From NCBI GenBank assembly GCA_041615815.1, contig JBFJCP010000016.1, forward strand, positions 32,001-96,000: DNA of 64,000 nt, given 5' to 3'. The notes below the pieces were generated by a model. It was not told the DNA's origin. It saw only the letters and a program-made list of their open reading frames with translations, and made no database searches. The stretch is from Gemmatimonadales bacterium. Lineage in GTDB: Bacteria > Gemmatimonadota > Gemmatimonadetes > Gemmatimonadales > GWC2-71-9. This document shows, piece by piece, positions 1-13,135 of this stretch. The stretch's first letter is position 1. The number at the start of each line of letters is the position of its first letter. Both the position numbers and the translations under genes were made by a program.

Positions 1-523
1 ACGCCCCGGACACGAATGGCATGACGTAATACAGGTGTCCATCCGCATCGCCTGAGTCGTGCAGCGGGAGAATATGCGGATGCTGGAGGTTGGCCGTGAC
101 CTTGATCTCCTGCAGGAACCGCCTGGCGCCGATGATCGATGCGACCTCGGAACGCAGCACCTTGACCGCCACGAGGCGCTCGTGCTTGAGGTCTCGCGCC
201 AAGTACACCGTCGCCATTCCGCCGGCCCCAATGGGACGATCCACCGCGTACCGACCCGCCAACGATTGGGCGATGGGTGCGACTGGACCAGGCGGGGGGA
301 GCGGACCGTCCACGCTCCGCCGACCAGCAACGTCGAGCGTCCTGACCAGCCCCCCGCGCTGGTGCGCGTGCAGCAGCGCCTCGACCTCGAACCGGAGCGA
401 CGGAGCATCCCTGCACGCTTCCGCGAGGAACGCCGGGCGTTCGGTCTCAGCGCGAAGGAGCGCAGCGTGAAACAGCTCTTGAACGCGCGACCAGTGGTCC
501 GGTGAGAGCGGGGCGTCCGTCAT
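1..523 (-). CDS. Ser/Thr protein kinase, N-terminal part (runs off window edge)
   Basis: Not in the ORF track; translated by hand from ATG at 523: MTDAPLSPDHWSRVQELFHAAL...RYAVDRPIGAGGMATVYLARDLKHERLVAVKVL...LQHPHILPLHDSG...YYVMPFV (Hanks kinase Gly loop and VAVK motif). Confidence 0.9.
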   Translation of the reverse strand, partial: MTDAPLSPDHWSRVQELFHAALLRAETERPAFLAEACRDAPSLRFEVEALLHAHQRGGLVRTLDVAGRRSVDGPLPPPGPVAPIAQSLAGRYAVDRPIGAGGMATVYLARDLKHERLVAVKVLRSEVASIIGARRFLQEIKVTANLQHPHILPLHDSGDADGHLYYVMPFVSGA

Positions 524-589
524 TGAGCGATTGCCAGTGCCATTCGCAACCAACGCTGACGCCAAATGCCATCGTTTGTCCAGTGCATT

Positions 590-2164
<1,575 letters not shown>

Positions 2165-2330
2165 CGCCGGCGAGGCGGCGTGCCGCACAGGAACGTGCGG
2201 AACGCGGCTCGGTTCACGGTGACGTCTGCGGATCCAGTTGAGCGGCGTGGGCTCGCGATATTCTAGCACGCGGCGCCGGGTAGCCGGCGCCGCGCCTACG
2301 CCCTGCGTATCACCGGCAATGCGCGACGTT

Positions 2331-3691
<1,361 letters not shown>

Positions 3692-3780
3692 CGCCCCAAT
3701 GCGAGCTGCGTTCGGCGGCGAGGGCCCACGGCTGTGGCTCGGCCCTCGCCGCACCCTGCTCTTCGGACCATCTTGCGATC

Positions 3781-4947
3781 ATGCCAGTCTGGAATGTCAT
3801 CGGCAGGCGCGCAGCCACCGCGGTGTTGCTCTCCGGTTGTGCCGCCTCCTCGTCCACCCTCGATCTCGAGCCCGGTCATGTGGGAGTGCGGGTAGTGACC
3901 CAAGACCGGTATTACGATGTTCGCGGGACAACACCGGAAGAGATGCAAGCGACAATGCTCGCGAATGCGCCGATGAGCGATGGTCGCCGGGTCCGTGGTC
4001 GCACATCCTGGAACGTGCGCTGGCGCTACCAAATCCGGCGGCAGGGCGGCGGGTGTTCCGTGGAGGATCCGCGCGTGAGCCTGGAGATGATCGTGGATCT
4101 GCCGCGATGGCTCGACAGCGCGTCTGCTTCGGATTCGCTCGTGACCGCATGGCGCGAGTTCTACGATGCGCTCCATGCCCACGAAAAGCGCCATGCACAG
4201 ATCAGTCTCGAGGGCGCCAACGCGGTACGCGAGGCGTTGAGCCGCGTTCAGGGCTCATGTAGCACGCTGCAAGACGTGGCCAACCGCGAGGGGCGCGCGG
4301 TGATAGACCGGTACCGGCGGTTGAATCGGGAATTCGACGAGGAGACCCGCCACGGTATCGCGCAGGGAGCGGTATGGCCGCCGGCGTGGGCGGCAAGGCC
4401 CGGCGGCCCAGCACCTCCGGCGGGTCCGGACACGAGTTGGATCGCACTCACGCCCGGAGGACGGGTTGAGTGGCAAGGGCTCCACATCTTTGAGGTGGGC
4501 GGGCCGGATGGCCGCCACGTCTACGTCCGTGATATGGAGGCGCGGGACTCCCTGCTCGTCTACGAGCACGCCGGCACGATCCACGTCCGGCTCTCGCACG
4601 ACGGCCGGTCGATCTTGATCAATCACGACGTCGGGCAGTACGATCGCCTGGTGGTGCTCGTCGAGGTCGAGACGGGCGTGGCGCATCGGTTGGACCAGGA
4701 AGTGCGCGAGCGCTTTGCCCGGCGCCCCCTCGACCCCCGACTGCGGGTGGCGCCGCGGGCCGTCCGATTCTCGGATGATGACGCCCGGGTCCTCATCGGC
4801 ATGTTGCTCGTTCACGTCGACGCGGCGTCGACAGACGAGGCCGTTCGTCTGAGCCGTGCGTTCGAACGGCGCTGGTACGTCGTGGACGTCGAGACGGCAC
4901 GGGTGGTGGGAGAGTATTCGGGGCGGCACCAACCCACCAAGTGGTAG
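3781..4947 (+). CDS. DUF922-like Zn-dependent peptidase lipoprotein with extra C-terminal domain
   Basis: LLSGC lipobox; YYDVRGTT, GRTSWNVRW, LPRW and HEKRH (HExxH) motifs. Confidence 0.7.
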   Translation: MPVWNVIGRRAATAVLLSGCAASSSTLDLEPGHVGVRVVTQDRYYDVRGTTPEEMQATMLANAPMSDGRRVRGRTSWNVRWRYQIRRQGGGCSVEDPRVSLEMIVDLPRWLDSASASDSLVTAWREFYDALHAHEKRHAQISLEGANAVREALSRVQGSCSTLQDVANREGRAVIDRYRRLNREFDEETRHGIAQGAVWPPAWAARPGGPAPPAGPDTSWIALTPGGRVEWQGLHIFEVGGPDGRHVYVRDMEARDSLLVYEHAGTIHVRLSHDGRSILINHDVGQYDRLVVLVEVETGVAHRLDQEVRERFARRPLDPRLRVAPRAVRFSDDDARVLIGMLLVHVDAASTDEAVRLSRAFERRWYVVDVETARVVGEYSGRHQPTKW

Positions 4948-5000
4948 TCCGATTCCCCAAAAGTGATGGCCGTCACTCACTTACGGTGACATCTCCTCGC

Positions 5001-5016
5001 TGGCACGCGACTTGTA
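5001..5016 (+). promoter_or_regulatory. Possible sigma54 -24/-12 promoter
   Basis: TGGCACGCGACTTGTA versus consensus TGGCACG-N4-TTGCW (the -12 C is T). Confidence 0.4.
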
Positions 5017-5067
5017 TCCCTTTGTATGGCGTCAGGCAGAGGCCCTGGCCAAAAGGGATGGGAGAGA

Positions 5068-6009
5068 ATGCTCTTGCGATACAATGGTGACCGTTCGACG
5101 GAACACTTTGGTCCTAACGGCCCCCCACACACGGCGCAGCGTTATGGTGCCGACAACAGTGGTAAGAAGACCTATGCGTTCAACTCCCTCGGATACCGGG
5201 GTGAGGAATTCGACCGGGCGGCGGAATTTCGCATTTTCGTCTGCGGCGACGGTGACGGGATTGGCACCGGCCTCGACTGGGAGGAGACTTGGGGCTACAG
5301 ACTGAAGTGCATGCTCGCCCGGCGGGTCGATCTCGACTTGTCCAGCGTGAATCTGCTCAATTTTTCGCAGAGCTTCGCGTCGGCGGACTACGTAACCAGG
5401 ACGCTGATCTCCCAGTGCGGAGCGGTGAAACCCGATCTGGTGGTCGCACACTACCCGGAGTCCACCAGGGCCGAGTACTTCACCGTGGGCAAACCGCAGG
5501 GGGTCATCCCGGTGCCGCTCAGCAAGTTCCGCCGGCGGTGGGCTCTTCGACCCGGGTGGCGCCGACGGCTCGCCAAGTGGATGCCGTCGCTTCGGAACAA
5601 AAAAGAAGCGAGGCGGATCCTGGAGGAATGGGAGCACTACGGAAAGCTGTTCAATGCGGAAACGGGGTTCACACGGACCCTGACGAGCATGCTGCTGCTA
5701 CAGGAGTTCTGTCGGGCGCGACGGATCGAATATCTCATCAGTTGGACCGAGCACCGCAAGCTCTTCGACGCACGCTTCGCCAAGAACAACGCCATCACGC
5801 CGCTCATCGCGCTGTTGGATTGGGAACGTTTCTGCCCGTTTTCTCTGGCAGACGGCGAGCTCAAGCTCGATTTCGCCGCGGACGCTGACTATCCTGGTCC
5901 CCGCTCGAGCAAGCTGTTCGCCGAGCGAATCGCCGACCTCTACCTGAAGAACACCGCCCACGCCCCCTCCCCGGACCGCGGTGCTTCACCCCTGCGCGCC
6001 GCGAGCTGA
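5068..6009 (+). CDS. SGNH/GDSL-fold protein with degenerate catalytic residues
   Basis: NSLGYRGEEF...RIFVCGDGDGIGTG (block I, no Ser) and DADYPGP (block V, no His); GGGAGAG RBS. Confidence 0.6.
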   Translation: MLLRYNGDRSTEHFGPNGPPHTAQRYGADNSGKKTYAFNSLGYRGEEFDRAAEFRIFVCGDGDGIGTGLDWEETWGYRLKCMLARRVDLDLSSVNLLNFSQSFASADYVTRTLISQCGAVKPDLVVAHYPESTRAEYFTVGKPQGVIPVPLSKFRRRWALRPGWRRRLAKWMPSLRNKKEARRILEEWEHYGKLFNAETGFTRTLTSMLLLQEFCRARRIEYLISWTEHRKLFDARFAKNNAITPLIALLDWERFCPFSLADGELKLDFAADADYPGPRSSKLFAERIADLYLKNTAHAPSPDRGASPLRAAS

Positions 6010-6135
6010 CGGCGCCGCACCGCTCGACGGCACCATACCCGCCCACGACCTCGGAAACCCGACACCCGACCTCCGTTGCAAGACACCGTCCGTCGGGGTG
6101 TCGGGTACACCACCGTCCCCCGACGCCCGTGGTCC

Positions 6136-7062
6136 CTAGTACGTGAAGTGCGCGCCGAAGCCGATGAACGAGGTGTCTTCGAGATAGAACTGTCCGTAGG
6201 GATTGGGCCCGTCGTAGAGCTCCAGCAGCAAGCTCACCCGTGGCGCCGTGCCGCTCGCCCCCAACGCTCCGACTTCTACCCCTGCCCGGCCGCTCCACCC
6301 AATACGCCAGTCACGTTGCTCGAAGGACTGCGCGTCGACGGCCACCACTGGCCGGAGCACCCCCCATTGGCCAATGCGGACGAGCGGTCTGGGGTGTCGG
6401 TACTCCACACCGCCGTGCAGGACTCCGTGTTCGAGTTGGTCGTGTGGCGTGCGGTTGAACCGAAACTCGCCACCGGCGTACCCGCGCACTGGGCCGAAGT
6501 CACGAGATGCGAGGAGTTCGAACGACTCGAACGAGAGATTGAGCCGACGCACGTTCGCGTTGTTCTCGACGAACTCGTCGCCGAGATGCGAGCTCTGGTG
6601 ATAGAAGCGGAAACGCACGGCGTAATCGCCGCGTCGGAACGTGATAGGGATCCCGATGAGGTAGTCCGCGTTGATCAGGTCGTGAGACTGTTGCGTTAGG
6701 TCAAACTGCGCAAACACACCGCCACTCAGTCCGAGCTGGAGACCATCGGCGGCCTCGGGTCCCGGCCAACGAATGATCCCCACACTTGCGCCGATGCCCA
6801 CCGATCCCGTACGCGACCCGCGCGAGGGTGACGACTCACTGAGCAGACTGGCGAAGAATTGTCGCTCACGAGGGTCCGCAATCAACGGCCGGAACACGTC
6901 TCCTCGCGGAAAGATGGCCATGCCCGGATTGACGGCTGCTCCCTCCGATGTCTCATCGGCACCAGCAACCGCTTGCGCCTTGACCGGTCCAGTTAGCGAC
7001 AACAACGCCACCGCCCAAGTGCAGGGTGACGTGAATTGGCGGAGTACTCGTGCGAATCGCAT
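6136..7062 (-). CDS. DUF1207-like outer-membrane beta-barrel protein
   Basis: Signal peptide; FRPLIADPRE, LINADY, YHQSSHLGDEF, GPNPYGQF; aromatic C-terminus. Confidence 0.75.
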   Translation of the reverse strand: MRFARVLRQFTSPCTWAVALLSLTGPVKAQAVAGADETSEGAAVNPGMAIFPRGDVFRPLIADPRERQFFASLLSESSPSRGSRTGSVGIGASVGIIRWPGPEAADGLQLGLSGGVFAQFDLTQQSHDLINADYLIGIPITFRRGDYAVRFRFYHQSSHLGDEFVENNANVRRLNLSFESFELLASRDFGPVRGYAGGEFRFNRTPHDQLEHGVLHGGVEYRHPRPLVRIGQWGVLRPVVAVDAQSFEQRDWRIGWSGRAGVEVGALGASGTAPRVSLLLELYDGPNPYGQFYLEDTSFIGFGAHFTY

Positions 7063-7213
7063 GGCCCAATCTCGAACTGTCTAGCCGTACAACGGCCAGT
7101 CCATCGCAGAAGTTCCCACGGCCCGACCCCGTCCACCGGCGCGCCATTATCTTCCTGAAGCGCCGCGGACGGCGCAGCCAGATACTAACCCATGACGCGC
7201 GCTCCGGACCGCC

Positions 7214-7717
7214 GTGGTGCACTCGCAACGAGGGTCAAACCCAGGATTCGCCGCCACACCGGTCAGGGCTCTGCGGGCCCTTCTCATGGTCTTGCTGGTC
7301 CTCGGGATCGTGGGGACGGTGCTCGAACTGCTCCTGCTGGACCACACCGAGGACTGGTGGCAGCTCGCTCCGGTGATCCTCCTGGGAGCCAGCCTCATCG
7401 TGCTGATCTGGCACGCGGTGGAGCGGGGTCCAGCAAGCACGAAGACCCTGCAAGCAACCATGTTACTCTTCGTACTGAGCGGATTGGCGGGCCTCTATCT
7501 GCACTATCACGGAAACGCGGCATTCGAACTCGAGATGTATCCATCCCTCAGGGGCGTCGCCCTCTTTTGGGAAGCCATGAAGGGCGCGACGCCCGCGCTT
7601 GCACCGGGTACCATGATCGAGCTCGGCCTGATAGGACTTGCGTACTCGTATCGGCATCCGTCGCTTGGCCATCGGCGAGCGTCAGTCCACGATCCTGCCA
7701 GTGGAGCCAACTCATGA
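7214..7717 (+). CDS. Four-TM membrane protein
   Basis: Four hydrophobic segments; ELLLLDHTE, HYHGNAAFELEMYP, GATPALAPG; ATGA overlap with next gene. Confidence 0.65.
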   Translation: MVHSQRGSNPGFAATPVRALRALLMVLLVLGIVGTVLELLLLDHTEDWWQLAPVILLGASLIVLIWHAVERGPASTKTLQATMLLFVLSGLAGLYLHYHGNAAFELEMYPSLRGVALFWEAMKGATPALAPGTMIELGLIGLAYSYRHPSLGHRRASVHDPASGANS

Positions 7718-8361
7718 AGCGCCCCCGTACCGTCCTGTTCTCTGCCGTCATACCACTGTTCATGATCCTGTTTGCCAGCCCGGCTCAACCACAGGTGGGC
7801 AAGAACCAAGGGGTCCTGAACCCGAACCTCGCGGGTCCCGCCGAGTTGTCGGCGCTGCCCCACCTCTCCTTGAGCGTCGTAGAAAATATCATCGAGCGAC
7901 GTCCGTTCTTGGATATGTCCGCGTTCCACGCGTTCCTACGGCAATCCTTGACGGACGCGCAACTCGCCAACCTCTATCCAACGCTCTTCATTCCGATCAA
8001 CCTGAACACGGCGAGCCGTGCGGAGATTCTGCTGGTTCCCGGGGTTGGGCCACGCATGGCGCACGAGTTCGAAGAGTACCGACCGTATCGTGCGTTGGCG
8101 CAGTTTCGACGTGAAATCGGCAAATACGTGGAAGACGATGAGCTGGCACGCCTCGAGCAGTTCGTCTTCGTGCCGATCGATCTCAACACGGCGAGTGACG
8201 AGGACATCCTCAGCATCCCCGGCGTGGGCCCGCGCATGCTGCACGAGTTCAAGGAGTATCGCCCGTACCGCCGCATCGAACAGTTTCGACGGGAGATCGG
8301 GAAGTACGTCACCGAACAGGAAGTCGCGCGCCTCGAGCGCTACGTGACGATCAGGCCCTAG
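7714..8361 (+). CDS. Exported helix-hairpin-helix repeat protein (ComEA-like)
   Basis: Signal peptide; repeated PI(N/D)LNTAS...I(LL/LS)(V/I)PGVGPRM HhH motifs. Confidence 0.75.
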   Translation: MKRPRTVLFSAVIPLFMILFASPAQPQVGKNQGVLNPNLAGPAELSALPHLSLSVVENIIERRPFLDMSAFHAFLRQSLTDAQLANLYPTLFIPINLNTASRAEILLVPGVGPRMAHEFEEYRPYRALAQFRREIGKYVEDDELARLEQFVFVPIDLNTASDEDILSIPGVGPRMLHEFKEYRPYRRIEQFRREIGKYVTEQEVARLERYVTIRP

Positions 8362-8368
8362 CGAGACA

Positions 8369-9091
8369 ATGCGGGACGTGCGAATCCTTCTGCTCCAAGC
8401 ACGGGACCAAGACGATCCCATGCGTCGCGAGGAGCGCATCTCGTTTGCCACGAAGGCCGGACTCGACCTTGCGCAGTTCGTCCCGCACGACCTCCTCGGT
8501 GGTCCACCCACACTAGGCCAGATTCGTGCGCACGACGCGATGATGGTGGGTGGGAGTGGCGACTATTACGTCTCCAAGCGAAACTTGCCGGCATTCGACG
8601 AGTTGCTCGACGTCCTGCGCGACGTGATCGAAGTTGGATATCCCGTCTTTGCATCGTGCTTCGGTTTCCAGCTGATCGTTGCCGCCCTCGGCGGATCCAT
8701 TGTGCATGACCGAAGTGCAGCGGAGGTGGGTACGTACGAGCTGATGCTCACCGAGACCGGCGTCCAGGACGAGCTGCTGGGGACCCTTCCGAGACGGTTC
8801 CGCGCACAGCTCGGCCGGAAGGACCGGGCAGCCACGCTGCCCCCCGGCGTAGCGCACTTGGCCTCGAGCGAGCGTTGTCCCTACCAGGCACTCCGCATTC
8901 CGGGCAAGCCCATCTGGGCGACCCAGTTTCACCCCGAGCTCAACGTGGTGGAGAACCGCGCGCGGTTCATCCGCTATATGGACGGTTATGCCCTGACCGA
9001 GGACATCGATCGGGACAGGATTTTCGAGCGTTTCGTCGCGTCACCGCATACCGCAGCGCTGATTCCTCGGTTCCTCGAGCTGATTCGGTAG
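8369..9091 (+). CDS. Type 1 glutamine amidotransferase
   Basis: GGSG, SCFGFQ (catalytic Cys), QFHPE (His-Glu). Confidence 0.85.
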   Translation: MRDVRILLLQARDQDDPMRREERISFATKAGLDLAQFVPHDLLGGPPTLGQIRAHDAMMVGGSGDYYVSKRNLPAFDELLDVLRDVIEVGYPVFASCFGFQLIVAALGGSIVHDRSAAEVGTYELMLTETGVQDELLGTLPRRFRAQLGRKDRAATLPPGVAHLASSERCPYQALRIPGKPIWATQFHPELNVVENRARFIRYMDGYALTEDIDRDRIFERFVASPHTAALIPRFLELIR

Positions 9092-9323
9092 ACCCACACC
9101 TGGACGTGTTCGGCCAGCGGGGCGGCGTGAGTGTTGGCCATGGCAATACGCCCGTGCGGTGCTCTTCTTCGCGATTCAGGTCGTGCCCTGCGCTCTGGTG
9201 GGCCGGGGAATTACGTTTCGGACCCGCCGAGTGGCTCTGGCGCCGCGTGATGCACTGGCATCGGCAGTCCATTCGGGAAGCCGCGTGATGTAGGTATCCT
9301 GAGGCTCAATCGAAAAGGAGAGA

Positions 9324-9650
9324 ATGGGAATGGGTCGCATCGCCATCGTCGGGTATCGCCCGCGCCCCGGCAGGGAGCGCGAGCTGCATGCGCTCATGAA
9401 GACACACGTTCCCACGTTGCGGCATGAGGGACTCGCCACCAAGCGCGAATCGATCGTCATGCTCGCGGCCGACGGCACGATCGTGGAGGTGTTCGAGTGG
9501 AAGTCACGGGAAGCCATCGAGGCAGCGCACTCCAATCAGGCCGTCCTCCAGATGTGGAAGCGCTACGAGGCAGTCTGCGAGTACGTGCCGATCGGAACGC
9601 TCGCGGAATGCGCCAACTTGTTCTCCGAGTTCGAGGCACTCGACATTTGA
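9324..9650 (+). CDS. Small dimeric alpha/beta-barrel (ABM-like) protein
   Basis: YRPRPGRE...VEVFEWKSREAIEAAHSN; AAGGAG RBS. Confidence 0.65.
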   Translation: MGMGRIAIVGYRPRPGRERELHALMKTHVPTLRHEGLATKRESIVMLAADGTIVEVFEWKSREAIEAAHSNQAVLQMWKRYEAVCEYVPIGTLAECANLFSEFEALDI

Positions 9651-9703
9651 GTGGGTGGGGGCTCGCGAGCACACTGAACGCCAGCCGAGGGACCGCTTGG
9701 CAC

Positions 9704-10354
9704 TCAGTCGGCTTGAAACGCTACTCGGTTGTGGCTCCCGTCGCAGAACGGCTTGTTCTGCGATTGCCCGCAGCGGCAGCACCAGGCTTGCTCGGTGAAA
9801 TGGCTCGATTGCTCACCGTCGTGACTGCGGAGGTGAAACGATCCCTCGAGGAGGAGCGGACCGTCGGGCTGCGGTTTTATGGTTAGGCGGCCGGCGCGAC
9901 GCTCGGTCGTTGGCTCGTTCGGCACAGTGAAGTTGCCCTCGTCCTCAAAATCGACATCTAAGTGGCTGTTGTCACAGAACGGTTTGTTGTGCGACGCACC
10001 ACACCGGCAGAGCGCGGCACGTGTCTGTTCCGACACACCTTCCGGCGTGTAGATCTCGAGATCGCCACGCGCGTACAAGGGCCCGTCCGCCTCGACGGTC
10101 ACTTCGTTGGCCCTGGGTGGGACTTCCTCGAGCCCGCCGTCCTGGCGGGTGTACTGGAGGGCGCCCGTGGGACACGCCATCACGACATTCGCGATCTCGT
10201 CCGCATTGGCCTGCGACAGGTCCACCCAGGGCCGCCGCTTGGGATCGAAGACCCGCGGTAGTCCCTTCACGCACTCCGCCGCGTGAATGCATCGTTTGAC
10301 ATCGTAGCGGATGACGATCGCATCCGACTCGTAGGTTCGGATCGTTGGTGGCAT
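9704..10354 (-). CDS. Divergent 4Fe-4S (Fer4_19) domain plus two CDGSH iron-sulfur domains
   Basis: CIHAAEC...CPTGAL; CRCGASHNKPFCDNSH; CRCGQSQNKPFCDGSH. Confidence 0.9.
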   Translation of the reverse strand: MPPTIRTYESDAIVIRYDVKRCIHAAECVKGLPRVFDPKRRPWVDLSQANADEIANVVMACPTGALQYTRQDGGLEEVPPRANEVTVEADGPLYARGDLEIYTPEGVSEQTRAALCRCGASHNKPFCDNSHLDVDFEDEGNFTVPNEPTTERRAGRLTIKPQPDGPLLLEGSFHLRSHDGEQSSHFTEQAWCCRCGQSQNKPFCDGSHNRVAFQAD

Positions 10355-10380
10355 CTCGATAATTGGTGTGTGCGTAAGAG

Positions 10381-13041
10381 CTAAATCAACAGACTATCCG
10401 CCATCACTTCCACCATCGCCGGGCCGTCATACGCCAACGCATCGCGGATGGCTCCTCGTAACTCCGATGGCCTCGTCACTCGACGCCCCTGCCCACCACA
10501 ATTCTCAGCGAACTCCGCAAAGTTGGGATTGTGCAGCTCGGTCTGCCACACCGGCCAGGAACCGGCTCGCTGTTCCTTCGAGATCTTCCCCAGCTCGCCG
10601 TTGTTGACGAGCAAATGCGTAATGTTCATACCATGTTTGACCGCGGTCGTAAACTCTCCCATGTACTGCCCAAATCCACCATCGCCCGTCACGGCAATGA
10701 CCGGCCGCTCCGGTGCCGCGGCCCACGCGCCCATCGCCGCCGGAAATCCAAACCCGATGGAACCAAGATAGCCGGACATCAGCACCGACTGGTCGCGGCA
10801 CTCGAAGTAGCGACCAAAGGAGTATGTGTTGTTCCCGACGTCCACCGCGACGACCGCGTTCGCGGGGGCCTCGTGGGTGAGCGCATCGAAGATGAGCGCT
10901 GAGTTGATTCCCTTCCCTTCGTCGTTGGCCCTCCGACGCTGCTTTTCGTCGCGCCACAGCTTCCAGCGTGCGGCCACCGCTACGCGTTGGTCCTCGGCGG
11001 CGAGTTTCTTGGGAAGCAGGCCCTCGATCTGTTCGGCGGTTACCCCGATCTCGCCCCACACCGGGACGTCGACCGGATGGAACTTCCCCAACGCCAGGCG
11101 CTCGAAATCGACTTGAATGATCCGCTTGGTGTCATCGATCCCAGTGTGATGCGAGAAAGATGCGCCGAACACCAGCAACACGTCTGCGTTGTTCATGAAC
11201 CAGCTGGCGATGGGCGTGCCGCTTCGACCCAATACACCCGCCGCGAGCGGGTGGGCGTCCGAGATCTGACCCTTGCCCTTGAAGGTGGTGAGGACAGGGG
11301 AGCCCAGCCGTTCTGCGAGACGGGTCACGGCTTCCATGGAGCCCCGGGCACCGTATCCCACGATAATCGCGGGTCGCTTGGCCCCTGCTAGTACCTTCAC
11401 GGCTTGTTCCACCGATTCCTGGGAGGGCGCGATCTCGACGCGGCCGAGGCGGCCCTCGAGGCTCGATGCGGCTGCATCCTTCGCGGCGGGTAACACCTGC
11501 ACTTCGTCCGGAAAGATCAGGTGCGCAACATCGCGCCGCACGATGGCATGTTTGAGCGCTAGGGCCATGAGCTCGGCGTGGCTCGAGTCATGAAGCACCG
11601 TCTGGCTCCACGCCGAGACCGCGGCAAACGCGTTGGCCAGATCGATCTCCTGAAATGCCCCGGGACCCAAGACTTGGGTCTGTACCTGCCCGGTGAGCGC
11701 CAGTACCGGTGCACGGTCCACCTTCGCGTCCCAGAGACCGGTCAACAGGTTGGTAGCCCCCGGACCCGCGATGGTCAGACACGCGGCGGGTCTCCCGCTC
11801 AGCTTGGCAAAGCCGGAGCATGCAAACGCCGCTGCTCCTTCGTGGCGGATGCCGATATACGTGAGATGGCCCTTCTCGACCTGGCGCCGGAGGGCGTCCG
11901 TGAGCCCGAGGTTGGAGTGCCCCACCATACCGAAGACATGGGTCACGCCGCCGTTCACCATGGTCTCGACCATCACGTCACTCACGGTCGTGACATGCCG
12001 CACCACCTCCTCCACCTGCACGTACACGCCGTCGTCCCGTAGTGCCACCGGGAAAGTGGCCACCGCCTCATAGTCTTCCGAAGCCGCGGCGCCCGTGAGC
12101 GCATCGAACGCCCATCCGTGCCAGGGACACCGCAGCACGCCATCCGTGATCGTGCCTTCGCCAAGCGGTCCGCCTTGATGGGGACAGGCACCGCTCAGCG
12201 CCGCATGCTGGCCGTTCACCCGCAGCACCGCCACCCGTCGCGTGCCGGCTACAACGGCGCGGACCTCGCCGTCGACGAGATCGTCCACACCCGCCACGCG
12301 ATGCCACCGTTTCGCCGTTTCCCCCCCTTCTGCCCTTTCCACCTTGGCTTCACCGGCAACCCCGGGGTCCGCGAATCCGATGTAGTAGTGGGAGCCGTCG
12401 CAGAAGGGCTTGTTCTTGGAGCCTCCGCACCGGCACAACGTGTAGTGCTCGAGAGAGGCACCCTCGCCGCGCGGTTCCTCCTCCAACACGACCCCCCCAG
12501 TCACGTAGTAGGGCCCTGCACCGGTCACTTGAACGGTGGGTGACCGATCCTGGTCGCGGTGCTCGACCCCGTCCACCGAGTAGGAGAGCGCGCCGGAGGG
12601 ACACATGCGAATCGTCTCGATCATCTCGTTGGGCGCCGCTCCGTCGGGATCGATCCACGGTTCCACGCCCATCTTCCACACCTTCGGCAGATTGCTCGTG
12701 CAAAAACCGGCGTGCGCGCAGATACCACGGTTGTCATGGACGGTGATCGCCTGCCCCACGTAGTTCTCGCGGAAATCCCACGCGCCGTCAGTGGTCTTTG
12801 CGGAGTTGAAGCCGAACTTCTGATGCGTGCCGTCGCAAAACGGCTTGGTCTTGGATTGGCCACACCGGCACAGCGCCATGGTGCGCCGCGTCTTCAGATC
12901 CTCTCCCTTCGCATCGAGCAGCCTCGTCAGTCCCTTGATGACGTACGGACCGTTCGGCTCCGGGTGGATGGTGGGCCGTGAGGACGCTGCTGGCTCCGTT
13001 CGGCTCTTCGCTTTCTTGCCAGACTTCTTCCGAGCCATCAA
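10381..13041 (-). CDS. CDGSH-Fer4_19-CDGSH-Rieske fused to a pyruvate-oxidase-like ThDP enzyme
   Basis: CRCGQSKTKPFCDGTH; CAHAGFC/CPSGAL; CRCGGSKNKPFCDGSH; CPHQ...CPWHG; IRHEGAAAF; GPGATNLLTGLWDA; GDGG...NN ThDP motif. Confidence 0.9.
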   Translation of the reverse strand: MMARKKSGKKAKSRTEPAASSRPTIHPEPNGPYVIKGLTRLLDAKGEDLKTRRTMALCRCGQSKTKPFCDGTHQKFGFNSAKTTDGAWDFRENYVGQAITVHDNRGICAHAGFCTSNLPKVWKMGVEPWIDPDGAAPNEMIETIRMCPSGALSYSVDGVEHRDQDRSPTVQVTGAGPYYVTGGVVLEEEPRGEGASLEHYTLCRCGGSKNKPFCDGSHYYIGFADPGVAGEAKVERAEGGETAKRWHRVAGVDDLVDGEVRAVVAGTRRVAVLRVNGQHAALSGACPHQGGPLGEGTITDGVLRCPWHGWAFDALTGAAASEDYEAVATFPVALRDDGVYVQVEEVVRHVTTVSDVMVETMVNGGVTHVFGMVGHSNLGLTDALRRQVEKGHLTYIGIRHEGAAAFACSGFAKLSGRPAACLTIAGPGATNLLTGLWDAKVDRAPVLALTGQVQTQVLGPGAFQEIDLANAFAAVSAWSQTVLHDSSHAELMALALKHAIVRRDVAHLIFPDEVQVLPAAKDAAASSLEGRLGRVEIAPSQESVEQAVKVLAGAKRPAIIVGYGARGSMEAVTRLAERLGSPVLTTFKGKGQISDAHPLAAGVLGRSGTPIASWFMNNADVLLVFGASFSHHTGIDDTKRIIQVDFERLALGKFHPVDVPVWGEIGVTAEQIEGLLPKKLAAEDQRVAVAARWKLWRDEKQRRRANDEGKGINSALIFDALTHEAPANAVVAVDVGNNTYSFGRYFECRDQSVLMSGYLGSIGFGFPAAMGAWAAAPERPVIAVTGDGGFGQYMGEFTTAVKHGMNITHLLVNNGELGKISKEQRAGSWPVWQTELHNPNFAEFAENCGGQGRRVTRPSELRGAIRDALAYDGPAMVEVMADSLLI

Positions 13042-13135
13042 ACCGTCTCCTGCGAACGGGGAAGAGTATGGGACAAGGTATGCACGACCCAGGATTGTTC
13101 CCAGGCGCCCTACGATGTGCCTGGTTGAGAGACCG

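Noticed and set aside
2269..2294. GC-rich hairpin CGCGGCGCCGG-GTAG-CCGGCGCCGCG
   Set aside because: No U-tract, so it cannot be supported as an intrinsic terminator; single copy
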